Program-made: the position numbers and the translations under genes
Source of the DNA: Candidatus Rokuibacteriota bacterium
GTDB lineage: Bacteria > JAUVQV01 > DATDCY01
Assembly (NCBI GenBank): GCA_031406795.1
Contig: JANOHV010000188.1
Coordinates: 1-46,149, forward strand
Length of the DNA stretch: 46,149 nucleotides
Direction: 5' to 3'
The notes under the pieces: generated by a model
The model's input: the letters and a program-made list of their open reading frames with translations, nothing else
Told to the model about the DNA's origin: nothing
Database searches by the model: none
Part shown: positions 17,871 through 26,285 of the stretch, one piece after another
Position numbering within the stretch: the stretch's first letter is position 1
Layout of the letters: every line of letters starts with the position of its first letter

Positions 17871-18479
17871 TTACCCGTCATCCGGAAGCGGCGCCCCCCC
17901 CACGCCCCCGATCTCGTGCCACTTCTCGAGCAGAATCTTTTTCGCGCGGAAGATCCTGATCTTGACCGTGCTCACCGGCAAGCCGAGGGTCTCGCCGATC
18001 TCCTGGTAGGAAAGCCCTTGAAAATAATGAAGGAGCAGGACGGTGCGGGCCGTGTCCGGCAGCTCCTGGAGGGCTTCGAGAAGCTTGAAATCTTCCTCGC
18101 GGCGGATGCACTGCGCCCGCGCGTTGTGGTCGATCGCACCCTCGATGTCCTTGGCGTCGACCGCCGACAGCACGTCGTCCAGGGGGACCTCGTGCGCGGA
18201 GCGCTGCTTCTTGAGCTCATCGATGCACAGGTTCTTCGCCACGGTGTAGAGCCAGGTCGAAAACTTGCGTTCCGGGTCATAGCTCTTGAGAAACTGATAG
18301 CAGCGCAGGAAAGTCTCCTGGGTCAGCTCCTGCGCCAGCTCGTAATTGCCGTAGAAGCGGTAGATGAAGTTGAAGATCGGTTTCTGATAGCGTTCCACGA
18401 GCACGCCGAACGCCTCCTGCTTGCCGCGCAGGACCTGGCGGACGACCTGGGCGTCTTCGAGGACGTCTGGCGTGTCCAT
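17871..18479 (-). CDS. ECF-family RNA polymerase sigma-70 factor
   Basis: Region 2 (AFGVLVERYQ...AQELTQETFL...FSTWLYTVAKNLCID) and region 4 (LSYQEIGETLGLPVSTVKIRIFRAK) motifs. Confidence 0.95.
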   Translation of the reverse strand: MDTPDVLEDAQVVRQVLRGKQEAFGVLVERYQKPIFNFIYRFYGNYELAQELTQETFLRCYQFLKSYDPERKFSTWLYTVAKNLCIDELKKQRSAHEVPLDDVLSAVDAKDIEGAIDHNARAQCIRREEDFKLLEALQELPDTARTVLLLHYFQGLSYQEIGETLGLPVSTVKIRIFRAKKILLEKWHEIGGVGGAPLPDDG

Positions 18480-18481
18480 GC

Positions 18482-20407
18482 TCAGTACTTCTCGCGCGGG
18501 TGGCAGGAGTAGCAGGTCGAGGTGTAATTGATGGCGGGGTGGATGGCCTTGGGGTCTTTGTTCGTGCTTTCAACGAGTTCGAGGATGTAATACCCGCTCC
18601 CGGTCCGGGCCTCGTGAGCCCGGTGGCAGGAATCGCAGTTGATGTGCCCCGCTGGGGTCGCGGTGATCGGCGGCGCGGGCTCTCGCCCCAGGGTCGCGAC
18701 CCGGGCAGTCATCAGCGGATGCGTGTGGCCCTTCGGCCCCGCCCCGGTCCCGGGCGCCTCGCCGTGGCAGCCGGTGCAGAGGTAGGCCCCCTCGTCGTCC
18801 GCCCACTCCACGGAATTGCCGGACCGGGCCACGAGGAAGCGGCTTTTCCCGTCGTCGCCGGAGGCGACCGACCCGGAGCGGAAGGCGTGGCAGGAGAGGC
18901 AGATCATGACTTGGCCCTTCTCTCCGCCGTAGACGGAGAGGAGCTTGGACCCGGGCCAGGGCATCAGCCGCAAGGGGGGGGTGGCATCCTGGTAGGTCTC
19001 GGAAAGGGTCGGATCGCCGAGAAAGTGGCTGGCCCGGTACTCCGGCCGCTCCCCGCAGGTCGGGTTGTCCGCCGGGTGACAGCGCAGGCACAGATCGTCG
19101 CTCAGAAGCGAGTCCCGCAGCAGAGGGACGTAGTCCTTCTCCCGCTCCGCTCCGAAACCAGCGTTGTGCGCCCGGTGACAGTAATCACAGGTGCGACGCA
19201 TGCCGGTGACCGGGTCGTTCAGCGCTGCCTGGTCCGCGCAGGCACCCGCGCCCTTTTCGACGAGGGGGTGGTGATACGCCAGGGGCAGGCGCTCGTGGCA
19301 CACCTCGCAGAACCCCAGCTCGGCCGGCGGCGGGCGCAAGATCGATGTGCGCTCCCTGGCTCCGTGGGCGCGGTGACACGTCGAGCAGAGAATCGGGTTT
19401 CCGGCCGCCGCTCCCAGCGGCCACCCTTCCGGATTGCGCGTTTCGACGATGCTCCCTGCACCGTTGGACAGATCGTTGTCCGCAGGGTGGTAGGTCCGAC
19501 CCGTCGTCGTCCCGCCCGGGTTCGGACGCAGAGGATCCTTCTGGCCATCCCCCCGCTCTCCCGTGTGGCAACCCTCACAGAAAAGGTCGGCCTCCTGGCG
19601 CACCGGGTCGGCGGCGAGCAACCCCGCCGAGGCGCGCGGGGGTGCCTCCTCGTCCCCGTGAACGGCGTGGCACGTCACGCAGCCGATCGTTCCCGTCCCC
19701 CCCGACGAGAGGTGCCCCCCCAGGTCCCAATGAGTCCCGACGCTCGCGCGACCGCCAGCCAGGGGGTAGGATGCGGGGAACGGCGTCATGAACGCCGGCG
19801 CGACCTTGAGCGGGACATCGTTGCGGGCAAGGGTGGCCGGATTCGCACCCTGGGGATGGTTGCCGGTGGCGTTCTGATCGGCGAGGCCGAACTCGCTCTG
19901 CGCGGAGTGGCAGCTCAGGCAGATCTCGCCGATGTCGGCGCGCAGCATCGGCCGGTGGCCGCTGTCGTGAGGATCGTGACAGGTGACGCAATCCATGCGC
20001 TTGCCGTCCAGGAATGGCAATCCGGCAGTGTCGTTATCCCCGAGCAGCCCCTCGTACCCCGTCAGGTCCGATCCGTGCGACGCCGGGTGGAATGCGGTCC
20101 GGCTGGCATCGACCTCGGGGCTGACGATGGTCGTGCCGTCGTGACAGGAGAAACAGACAAGACTCGAGGCGCTGTAGGAAAACTCCAGGATCGGCGGGAC
20201 CGCGCGGAAAAAATCCTGTTGGGCCGGCGACGTTGAGATGTGGCAGCGGCGGCAACGCTCCTGGAGCGGCGAGGCCTTGGCCACGTCGTACCCCTGCGCG
20301 ATCAGGTCGTGCGGGCTGCCTTCGATCGCCCCGCGCGCCGGCGCCCCGACGAGAACGAGTATGAGTACGAGCAGACGGGCCTTTTTCAGCGGCCGGCTAG
20401 GGCGCAT
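18482..20407 (-). CDS. 14-heme cytochrome c (doubled-CXXCH type), paralogue 1
   Basis: Signal peptide; AIEGSPHDL start; 14 CxxCH from CRRCH to CYSCH, mostly as CxxCHxxH...LCxxCH pairs. Confidence 0.93.
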   Translation of the reverse strand: MRPSRPLKKARLLVLILVLVGAPARGAIEGSPHDLIAQGYDVAKASPLQERCRRCHISTSPAQQDFFRAVPPILEFSYSASSLVCFSCHDGTTIVSPEVDASRTAFHPASHGSDLTGYEGLLGDNDTAGLPFLDGKRMDCVTCHDPHDSGHRPMLRADIGEICLSCHSAQSEFGLADQNATGNHPQGANPATLARNDVPLKVAPAFMTPFPASYPLAGGRASVGTHWDLGGHLSSGGTGTIGCVTCHAVHGDEEAPPRASAGLLAADPVRQEADLFCEGCHTGERGDGQKDPLRPNPGGTTTGRTYHPADNDLSNGAGSIVETRNPEGWPLGAAAGNPILCSTCHRAHGARERTSILRPPPAELGFCEVCHERLPLAYHHPLVEKGAGACADQAALNDPVTGMRRTCDYCHRAHNAGFGAEREKDYVPLLRDSLLSDDLCLRCHPADNPTCGERPEYRASHFLGDPTLSETYQDATPPLRLMPWPGSKLLSVYGGEKGQVMICLSCHAFRSGSVASGDDGKSRFLVARSGNSVEWADDEGAYLCTGCHGEAPGTGAGPKGHTHPLMTARVATLGREPAPPITATPAGHINCDSCHRAHEARTGSGYYILELVESTNKDPKAIHPAINYTSTCYSCHPREKY

Positions 20408-22001
20408 CGATCAACTCCCGGATCTGGAGGCGGGACGCGAGCCGCTCGGCGACATAGATGCGGTTGTCCGCCCCGAGCGCCACCCCGTTGGGCGAGCCAA
20501 GATCGAGCGGGCGGCCGGTTTCGTCGCCGAGAACCGCGACAAACCGCCCCTCGGCGTCGAAGACCTGGATCGTGTTGAACCAGGAATCGGCGACGTAGAT
20601 CTCCCCGGCGGCGCTGACGGCGACCCCTTTGGGTCGGCCGAAACCGCCGGGCCCGCGCTCGGCGCGGCCAAATGCCCGCACGAACTCCCCCGCTCCGGAG
20701 AAGACCTGAATCCGGGCGTTCAGGCAGTCGGCGACGACAAGGCGCCCGGCGGCATCGACTGAGCAGAATGTCGGTGACGAAAACTCCCCGCCCTGTGCGC
20801 CGGCCTGGCCGAACGTTTGCGGTGCGCCCTCGCCACCGACGATCGACACCTGGTTGTTGTAGTTGTCGATCACATAGAGGCGGCCATCCGGCCCGAGTGC
20901 GACGTCGATCAGGCCGGTGGCGGCGAGGTGCCCCTTTCCGGAAAGCTGGACGCGGCGGCCGGGCCGCCCCTGGGAGTTGAAAACCTGGACGGCGCCGGCC
21001 CCGGCGTCAGCGACATAGAGGTTTTCGTCCCGGTCCGTCGCCAGACCCAGGACCTTCTTGAAAATGCTCCCGCCGCCCTGGCCGCCCCCGATGGTGCGCT
21101 GGAAGACGCCGCCGGAGGTGTACACGAAGACCAGATTGCGCCCCGAGTCGGCGAGGTAGACGTTCTTGCTCACCGGCCCGACCGTCACGTCCGCCGGCCT
21201 TTCCAGCGCGAGCCCCCCGCCCTGGCCGACGACAGCGACCAGCCGGGTTCGCCGCACACGCCAGGCGCTCGCGGGCCGCTGCGCCTCGGGCAGGGGGACC
21301 GCACGCGCGAACGTCACGGAAAGCTCCTGCGAGTAAGCGGTTTCGCGGAACGCCGAGTCCAACGCCGTGAGCACGTAGACGTACGACCGGCCCGGCTCAA
21401 CACCTGCGTCGTGATAGCTCTTCCCGCGCGAAGAACCGACGATCCGGAACTCGGTTTCGGGGGGGCTCTTGCGGTAGATGTTCCAGGCGATCACGTCTTC
21501 GCCCTCGCGCTCAGACCACTTGAGGCCGACGCCGTCGTCAACCACCAGGTAGCCTTCCCAATCCGGAGGCGCTGGGGAGCGCAGGGTCACGACGCCGATC
21601 CGGACGACAAGTTCGGACGAGGATCGTCCTTCCCTGCCGTCCGGGCCGACGCCCATCAGCCGGTAGTAGTAGGTCCGCCCCGGCGTGACCGTGTCGTCGA
21701 CCCAGACGTTCTCCCTCGTCTCGCCCACCATCCGAAACGGGACCTGCGGCGCGTCTTCCCGCCGAAAGACTCGCACCATCGGCAGAGTCGGGGAGCGTAT
21801 CCAGACAAGTTGGGCTTTTCCGCGCGCGTCCGTGCCGCCGACCCACTGGGGCGCCGCAAGCACCTGAGCAACGGGCGCAGGCGACACCCTGCCTCCAGAC
21901 GCGACCTCGCCACCAAGCGCGCCGATCGGCACAGACCCGGCGATAATGACGAGTCCGAGCAGCCAGGAAACGACTCGTTCGTACCGGAACATTCCTCTCA
22001 T
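20397..22001 (-). CDS. Fibronectin-III + NHL-repeat beta-propeller protein, paralogue 1
   Basis: Two FN3-like repeats (DDTVTPGRTYYYRL; DAGVEPGRSYVYVL) followed by NHL repeats (RPADV..NVYLADSGRN; GRPKGVAVS..EIYVADS). Start uncertain (22001 or 21992). Confidence 0.88.
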   Translation of the reverse strand: MRGMFRYERVVSWLLGLVIIAGSVPIGALGGEVASGGRVSPAPVAQVLAAPQWVGGTDARGKAQLVWIRSPTLPMVRVFRREDAPQVPFRMVGETRENVWVDDTVTPGRTYYYRLMGVGPDGREGRSSSELVVRIGVVTLRSPAPPDWEGYLVVDDGVGLKWSEREGEDVIAWNIYRKSPPETEFRIVGSSRGKSYHDAGVEPGRSYVYVLTALDSAFRETAYSQELSVTFARAVPLPEAQRPASAWRVRRTRLVAVVGQGGGLALERPADVTVGPVSKNVYLADSGRNLVFVYTSGGVFQRTIGGGQGGGSIFKKVLGLATDRDENLYVADAGAGAVQVFNSQGRPGRRVQLSGKGHLAATGLIDVALGPDGRLYVIDNYNNQVSIVGGEGAPQTFGQAGAQGGEFSSPTFCSVDAAGRLVVADCLNARIQVFSGAGEFVRAFGRAERGPGGFGRPKGVAVSAAGEIYVADSWFNTIQVFDAEGRFVAVLGDETGRPLDLGSPNGVALGADNRIYVAERLASRLQIRELIDAP

Positions 22002-22078
22002 TGTTGCACGCCACCACAAGCGCCGCAAGCGCTCGTTATCCAGCCCTTCAGTCGAGCCACGCGAGCGTGCCGTGAACC

Positions 22079-22107
22079 TTGACAACGGGTGACGTTGTCT
22101 ATATGTT
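22079..22107 (+). promoter_or_regulatory. Sigma70-type promoter overlapped by an inverted repeat
   Basis: TTGACA-17 nt-TATGTT. GACAACG-N5-CGTTGTC lies within it, flanked by GTGAAC/GTTCAC. Confidence 0.6.
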
Positions 22108-22165
22108 CACAAAGTTAGGGCAGGTACGCCCATGGCGCAGAACCAGCCGGGAAGGACGGAGAACA

Positions 22166-22699
22166 ATGTCAAAACTCAAAATGCTTCCGGCCACAGCATC
22201 CCTTCTCGGCGCGCTCCTGCTCGGGATGGTTGTCTGGCCGGGGGACGCAGCCGCCCTCAAGGAAGGCGAGACCTTCCCCCACTTCGCCGGTCAGGATCTC
22301 AACGGCGTTGCTGTGGACACCAAAACCTTCGCAAAGAAGCTGCTGCTGATCGACTTCTGGTCGGTCTACTGCTCGAGCTGCATCCAGGAGATGCCCCACA
22401 TCGTCGCGCTGTACACGAAATACAAGGACCAGGGCCTGCAGTGTATCGGTATCGACCTCGACCCGATGATGCCGCCGGCGAAGGTCAGGAAATTCCTCGA
22501 GGGGCAAAGCTTCCCGATGCCCTACCCGAACATCCAGGACAACAAGCGCCAGATCATGAGCCTGCTCGGGGTGAGCATGCTGCCGACGACCATACTCGTC
22601 GATCCGGCGGGCACGGTGCGTCTCTTCCACGTCGGCTACAAACCGGGATTCGAGAAAGAACTCGAAGCGATCGTCAAAAAGCTCCTCCCGGCGAAGTAG
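22166..22699 (+). CDS. TlpA/ResA-like thioredoxin-fold protein (CSSC)
   Basis: Signal peptide; LLIDFWSVYCSSC...EMP; cis-Pro motif MLPTTILVD; GGAGA RBS before ATG 22166. Confidence 0.9.
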   Translation: MSKLKMLPATASLLGALLLGMVVWPGDAAALKEGETFPHFAGQDLNGVAVDTKTFAKKLLLIDFWSVYCSSCIQEMPHIVALYTKYKDQGLQCIGIDLDPMMPPAKVRKFLEGQSFPMPYPNIQDNKRQIMSLLGVSMLPTTILVDPAGTVRLFHVGYKPGFEKELEAIVKKLLPAK

Positions 22700-22719
22700 G
22701 GGCGACCGGCGGTCGCCCC
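22696..22719. repeat. GTAG-type REP-like palindrome
   Basis: GTAGGGGCGACCGGCGGTCGCCCC: a GTAG end (overlapping the TAG stop) followed by a 9-bp stem and 3-nt loop. Confidence 0.55.
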
Positions 22720-22746
22720 GGCATTCACAGAAGAAAGGACCCACGC

Positions 22747-23274
22747 ATGAGAACCACACTCCGTAGTCTCGCCGCTGCTCTCGTCGGCGCCGCTCTGCTG
22801 TTCGCGGCGGCTCCGCTCCACGCCGTCGATGCGGATCTGCTGCCGGTCGGCTCGCTGGCGCCGGGCATCGAGGCGGTCGACACCGACGGAAAGGCCTTCA
22901 CGCTGGCCGAGGCGATCAAGGAGAAGCCGGTGCTGCTGGTCTTCTGGTCGCTGTTCTGCGGCACCTGCCGCGACGAACTGCCGATCCTTGAGCAGGAGCA
23001 GCCGAAGTACGCGGATAAGGTGCAGATCGTCACCATCAACCTCGACGAAGCGCCGCGCGCGAAGACCGTGAAAGGCTTCGCCAAGCAGCAGGGGTTCACC
23101 TTCAGGATGCTGCTCAACAAGATCGACGGCAAGGAGTTCCTGATCGACCAGAGCTACCAGATCAAGGCCACGCCGGCGCTCTATCTTGTGAAGAAGGACG
23201 GCACGATCGCCTACGGCCACTACGGCGCGCTCAACCCCGAGGAACTGGCCGACGTCATCGCGAAGGCGAACTAG
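22747..23274 (+). CDS. TlpA/ResA-like thioredoxin-fold protein (CGTC)
   Basis: AAAGGA RBS, MRTTLRSL signal peptide, VLLVFWSLFCGTC..ELP, KATPALYLV. The ORF track over-extends the 5' end to 22132. Confidence 0.9.
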   Translation: MRTTLRSLAAALVGAALLFAAAPLHAVDADLLPVGSLAPGIEAVDTDGKAFTLAEAIKEKPVLLVFWSLFCGTCRDELPILEQEQPKYADKVQIVTINLDEAPRAKTVKGFAKQQGFTFRMLLNKIDGKEFLIDQSYQIKATPALYLVKKDGTIAYGHYGALNPEELADVIAKAN

Positions 23275-23277
23275 CGA

Positions 23278-23811
23278 ATGGGTTCCAGCTCAACGGCGGG
23301 CTGCCGCCGGCGCGGCATGACGGCAGCCCTCGCCGGGTTCGCGGCGATCCTGCTGCTTGCAGTCCCCGTGCCGGCCGCGCTGCACGCCGACGAGTTGAGC
23401 AGCGTCGACCAGGAAATCGTCGATGCGCTGCGCGAGAGCATCATCGCCGGATACCAGGAGTGCAACGCCGAGAAGGTCCTGTACCTGTACGACGCCGAGG
23501 CCCAGATCGCCACGTTCACCCGCGGCGTGCTCGACAAGGGCTCCTTCGGCTCCCTGCTGCGGGAAACCATCGCGCAGAACACCGCGATGGCGGCGACCCT
23601 CGAAGTCGGCGCGGCGACCATCGAGGGGGACGAGGCGCTCGTGCCGCTGCACCTGATCCTCGAGGGCACGGACGCCGGCGGGAACCGCAGAGTCACGAAG
23701 GACCGGCTGTTCTGCCGCCTCAGGAATCGGGGCACCTGGAAGATCCTGATGCAGACGTATCGCAGGGATTTCACCCTGCCCCCTGTCGCACCCCCCGGCG
23801 TTCATCACTAG
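23278..23811 (+). CDS. Exported NTF2/SnoaL-like (DUF4440-type) protein
   Basis: Signal-like segment, then helix...LY..EA.I...beta strands ending GTWKI, the typical NTF2-fold pattern. Start may be 23317. Confidence 0.6.
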   Translation: MGSSSTAGCRRRGMTAALAGFAAILLLAVPVPAALHADELSSVDQEIVDALRESIIAGYQECNAEKVLYLYDAEAQIATFTRGVLDKGSFGSLLRETIAQNTAMAATLEVGAATIEGDEALVPLHLILEGTDAGGNRRVTKDRLFCRLRNRGTWKILMQTYRRDFTLPPVAPPGVHH

Positions 23812-23835
23812 CCAGGTCTCGGGATCCGTGCCTCT

Positions 23836-25020
23836 TCAGAGGCGACGCTTGATGATCTTGAGCTTATCCTGAATCCAGCCCGCTTCCTTCTCCGCGTGGC
23901 AGCGCTGGCAGTTCTGCTCGAGCGTCAGGGGCTTGGGGAACTTCACCTTTTCGAACGTCCAGGCGTGCGTGGGCGTCTTCGTGAGCCGCTCGTCGCCGGG
24001 CTCGTGGCACTCGCCGCAGGCGACTTCGGGCTGCGAAAAATCAAATTGGTGGTCGTGGATCGTGTAGCGCGTGCCGTCCGCGACGGTCTGCGTCTGGTGG
24101 CAATCGTCGCACTTCACGGTCCCCGGCGCGTGCTTCGCGTGCTTCTCGATCTCCTTGTCGTACTTGTAGTGGCAGGTCGCGCAGTACTCGTCCTTCGTGT
24201 AGTAGCCTTCCTCCGCATCCTGCGGAGCCGCGACCCCTCAGACGCCGCACGCTCGTTTTTTCGAGTAGAACTCCGCCTGGTAGAACATGAACATCCGGTG
24301 GCGGTCCTCGTAGGTCGAGTTACCCTTGTACCACTTCTTCGAGCCGGGTTTCGGCAGGAAGAAGTCGGTGTAGTACTTCTCGATCGGCTGGCCGGGCTGG
24401 AAGCCGGCGGCGAAGGGGAACATCCCGTCGACCAGGTCGTTGCCGTCCGTGTGGCAGGACTCGCAGATGTTGTCCGCCAGCCGCTTGGCGATCTTCGCCG
24501 GGTTCACGATGTCCGCCGGGTCCTGGCTCCCCGCGTGCTTCTGCCCCGGGCCGTGGCAGGCCTCGCAGCCGATCGAGTCCTCGGCCATGGTCTTGCTCAC
24601 CGGGTCGAAGCCGACGGTGTGGCAGCCGTAGCAGTTGAGCGAGTACGGCTTGTTGCGCCAGTTGAAGATCGAGTACGGCTCCCAGTCGCCCTTGGTGAAG
24701 CTCCAGTACTTCGGCAGGACGTAGAACTGGCCGTCGATCACCGTCAGGTACTTCTGCAGCCAGTGCGAGCCGATCGTGTGCGTGATGTCCTTCTTGCGGA
24801 ACGGGATCTCGGGGCTGAACTTCTCGGCGGCGATCGCGTCCGGGTGCTCCTTGACGTCGCGCAGCATGCGGGCGTGCGGCGACATGCTCCACTGCTTCCA
24901 GAGCTGGGGGTGGCACTCCTGGCACGCTTTGGAGCCGGCGTAGCCGGGCAACCCGGCAGCAGCGGCGGCGGCGGGAGAAGCAAGGGCGAGGAGAATCGCC
25001 AGGGAGCCGGCGACGTTCAC
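23836..25020 (-). CDS. Probable selenocysteine-containing 8-heme cytochrome c (c554/c552-like N-terminal domain), 394 aa, Sec261
   Basis: GTG start overlaps the upstream TGA (GTGA). ORF-track pieces 24238-25521 and 23836-24117 share one frame, joined across a single TGA at 24238-24240 (RACGV-U-GVAAPQ...YCATCH). Four CxxCH lie before and four after the TGA, and a SECIS-like hairpin follows it. Confidence 0.8.
24211..24240 (-). promoter_or_regulatory. In-frame UGA plus bacterial SECIS-like stem-loop
   Basis: UGA GGGGUCGCGG CUCCGCA-GGA-UGCGGAG: a perfect 7-bp stem with a G-containing apical loop beginning 17 nt after the UGA. Confidence 0.72.
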
Positions 25021-25580
25021 TTCTTCTTTGCGGGCTGGGCTTCGAGCAGCTGGTCGAAGACGTCCACAATCTCCGGGGGATAGTCCACGTAGTCCCCGAC
25101 GTGGTCGTAGACGATGATGCCCGACAGGTCGATGACCACCTTGTAGGGGATCGGCCCCGAGAGCTGATAGATCTCGGTGGCGACCTTGGTGTCCTTGTCG
25201 ACGAGGATCGGATAGGTCACGCCCTTCTCCCGGACGACCTTCTTGATCCCGGCGATGTTCTCGTCGAGGGCGATCCCGAAGAACTCGACGCCCTTGCCCT
25301 GGTACTCCTGGTAGACCTTCTGGAGGATGGGCATCTCGCGCTTGCAGATGTTGCACCAGGTGGCCCAGAAGTCGATCATCACGATCTTCTTGCCCTTGAG
25401 GTCCGAGAGCTTCCAGGTCTTGCCGTCGAGATCCTGCAGCGTGAAGTCGGGGGCCGGCTGGCCCTTCTTGAGCTTGGAGCCGTCGAGCAGCGCCGAGGCC
25501 GGCGTCGCGACCGCAAGGCACAGCGCGAGCACGAAGGCCGCGAGGCCCGCTGACCGACGGGTGAGCGCTTGTATCGCCAT
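25017..25580 (-). CDS. TlpA/ResA-like thioredoxin-fold protein (CNIC)
   Basis: APDFTLQDLDGK...IDFWATWCNICKREMP; signal peptide from MAIQAL at 25580. Confidence 0.92.
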   Translation of the reverse strand: MAIQALTRRSAGLAAFVLALCLAVATPASALLDGSKLKKGQPAPDFTLQDLDGKTWKLSDLKGKKIVMIDFWATWCNICKREMPILQKVYQEYQGKGVEFFGIALDENIAGIKKVVREKGVTYPILVDKDTKVATEIYQLSGPIPYKVVIDLSGIIVYDHVGDYVDYPPEIVDVFDQLLEAQPAKKK

Positions 25581-25620
25581 GCTCGACTCAGACACCGCGC
25601 ACGTCGCCTGGTTCCCGGGT

Positions 25621-26175
25621 CTAGCTGCCCAGTGCCGCCTTGACGGCGTTCTCATACGCTTTTTCGGTGCCCTTCTCGAAGCCGGTGTGGATGTAGGTGA
25701 TCACGCCCTTCTTGTCGATCACGATGGTCAGCGGCACCAGGAAGTTCGTGTATGTGTCGGTGATCGCGAAGTCCGGGTCGGTCATCAGCGGGTACGTGAC
25801 GTTGACCTGGACCTCCTTGAGGGTGTCGATGACCGTTTGGGCGTCGACGCCGTCGGTGTCGATCCCGAGGACCGCGAGGCCCTTGCCGGCATAATCCTTG
25901 GCGATCGTCTCGAGGTACGGCATCTCCTCGAGGCAGGCACCGCAGCGCAGCCCCCAGAAGTTCAGCAGCACGACCTTCTTGCCCGCGAACGAGGAGAGCT
26001 TGATCTCCTTGCCGGCCAGGTCCTTGGCGACAAACTCGGGAGCCTTGTCCCCGGGCTTGAACTTCTGATCGCCCATGCCTTCAGCGGCGAGGGGCGACGG
26101 CGCTCCCGCGACAAGGAGGGCAAACAGCAGCGAGAAACCCGCGAGCCGGTACCGGAAACGATGTCCTCCGAGCAT
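25621..26175 (-). CDS. TlpA/ResA-like thioredoxin-fold protein (CGAC)
   Basis: GAGGAGG RBS; APEF...VVLLNFWGLRCGACLEEMP; LVPLTIVIDKKG. Confidence 0.92.
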   Translation of the reverse strand: MLGGHRFRYRLAGFSLLFALLVAGAPSPLAAEGMGDQKFKPGDKAPEFVAKDLAGKEIKLSSFAGKKVVLLNFWGLRCGACLEEMPYLETIAKDYAGKGLAVLGIDTDGVDAQTVIDTLKEVQVNVTYPLMTDPDFAITDTYTNFLVPLTIVIDKKGVITYIHTGFEKGTEKAYENAVKAALGS

Positions 26176-26218
26176 GCACCCCTCCTCGATTCAGATCGTC
26201 CGCGCCAATGCGTGAGTG

Positions 26219-26247
26219 ATACTGCTCACATGGCAGTCCATTGTCAA
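26219..26247 (-). promoter_or_regulatory. Possible sigma70 promoter of the redoxin-redoxin-selenocytochrome operon
   Basis: TTGACA-17 nt-CAGTAT on the minus strand; perfect -35 but weak -10. Confidence 0.4.
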
Positions 26248-26285
26248 GAGGCAACAGCCCGTTCGCGTGGGGCCGAAGTCCCGGT

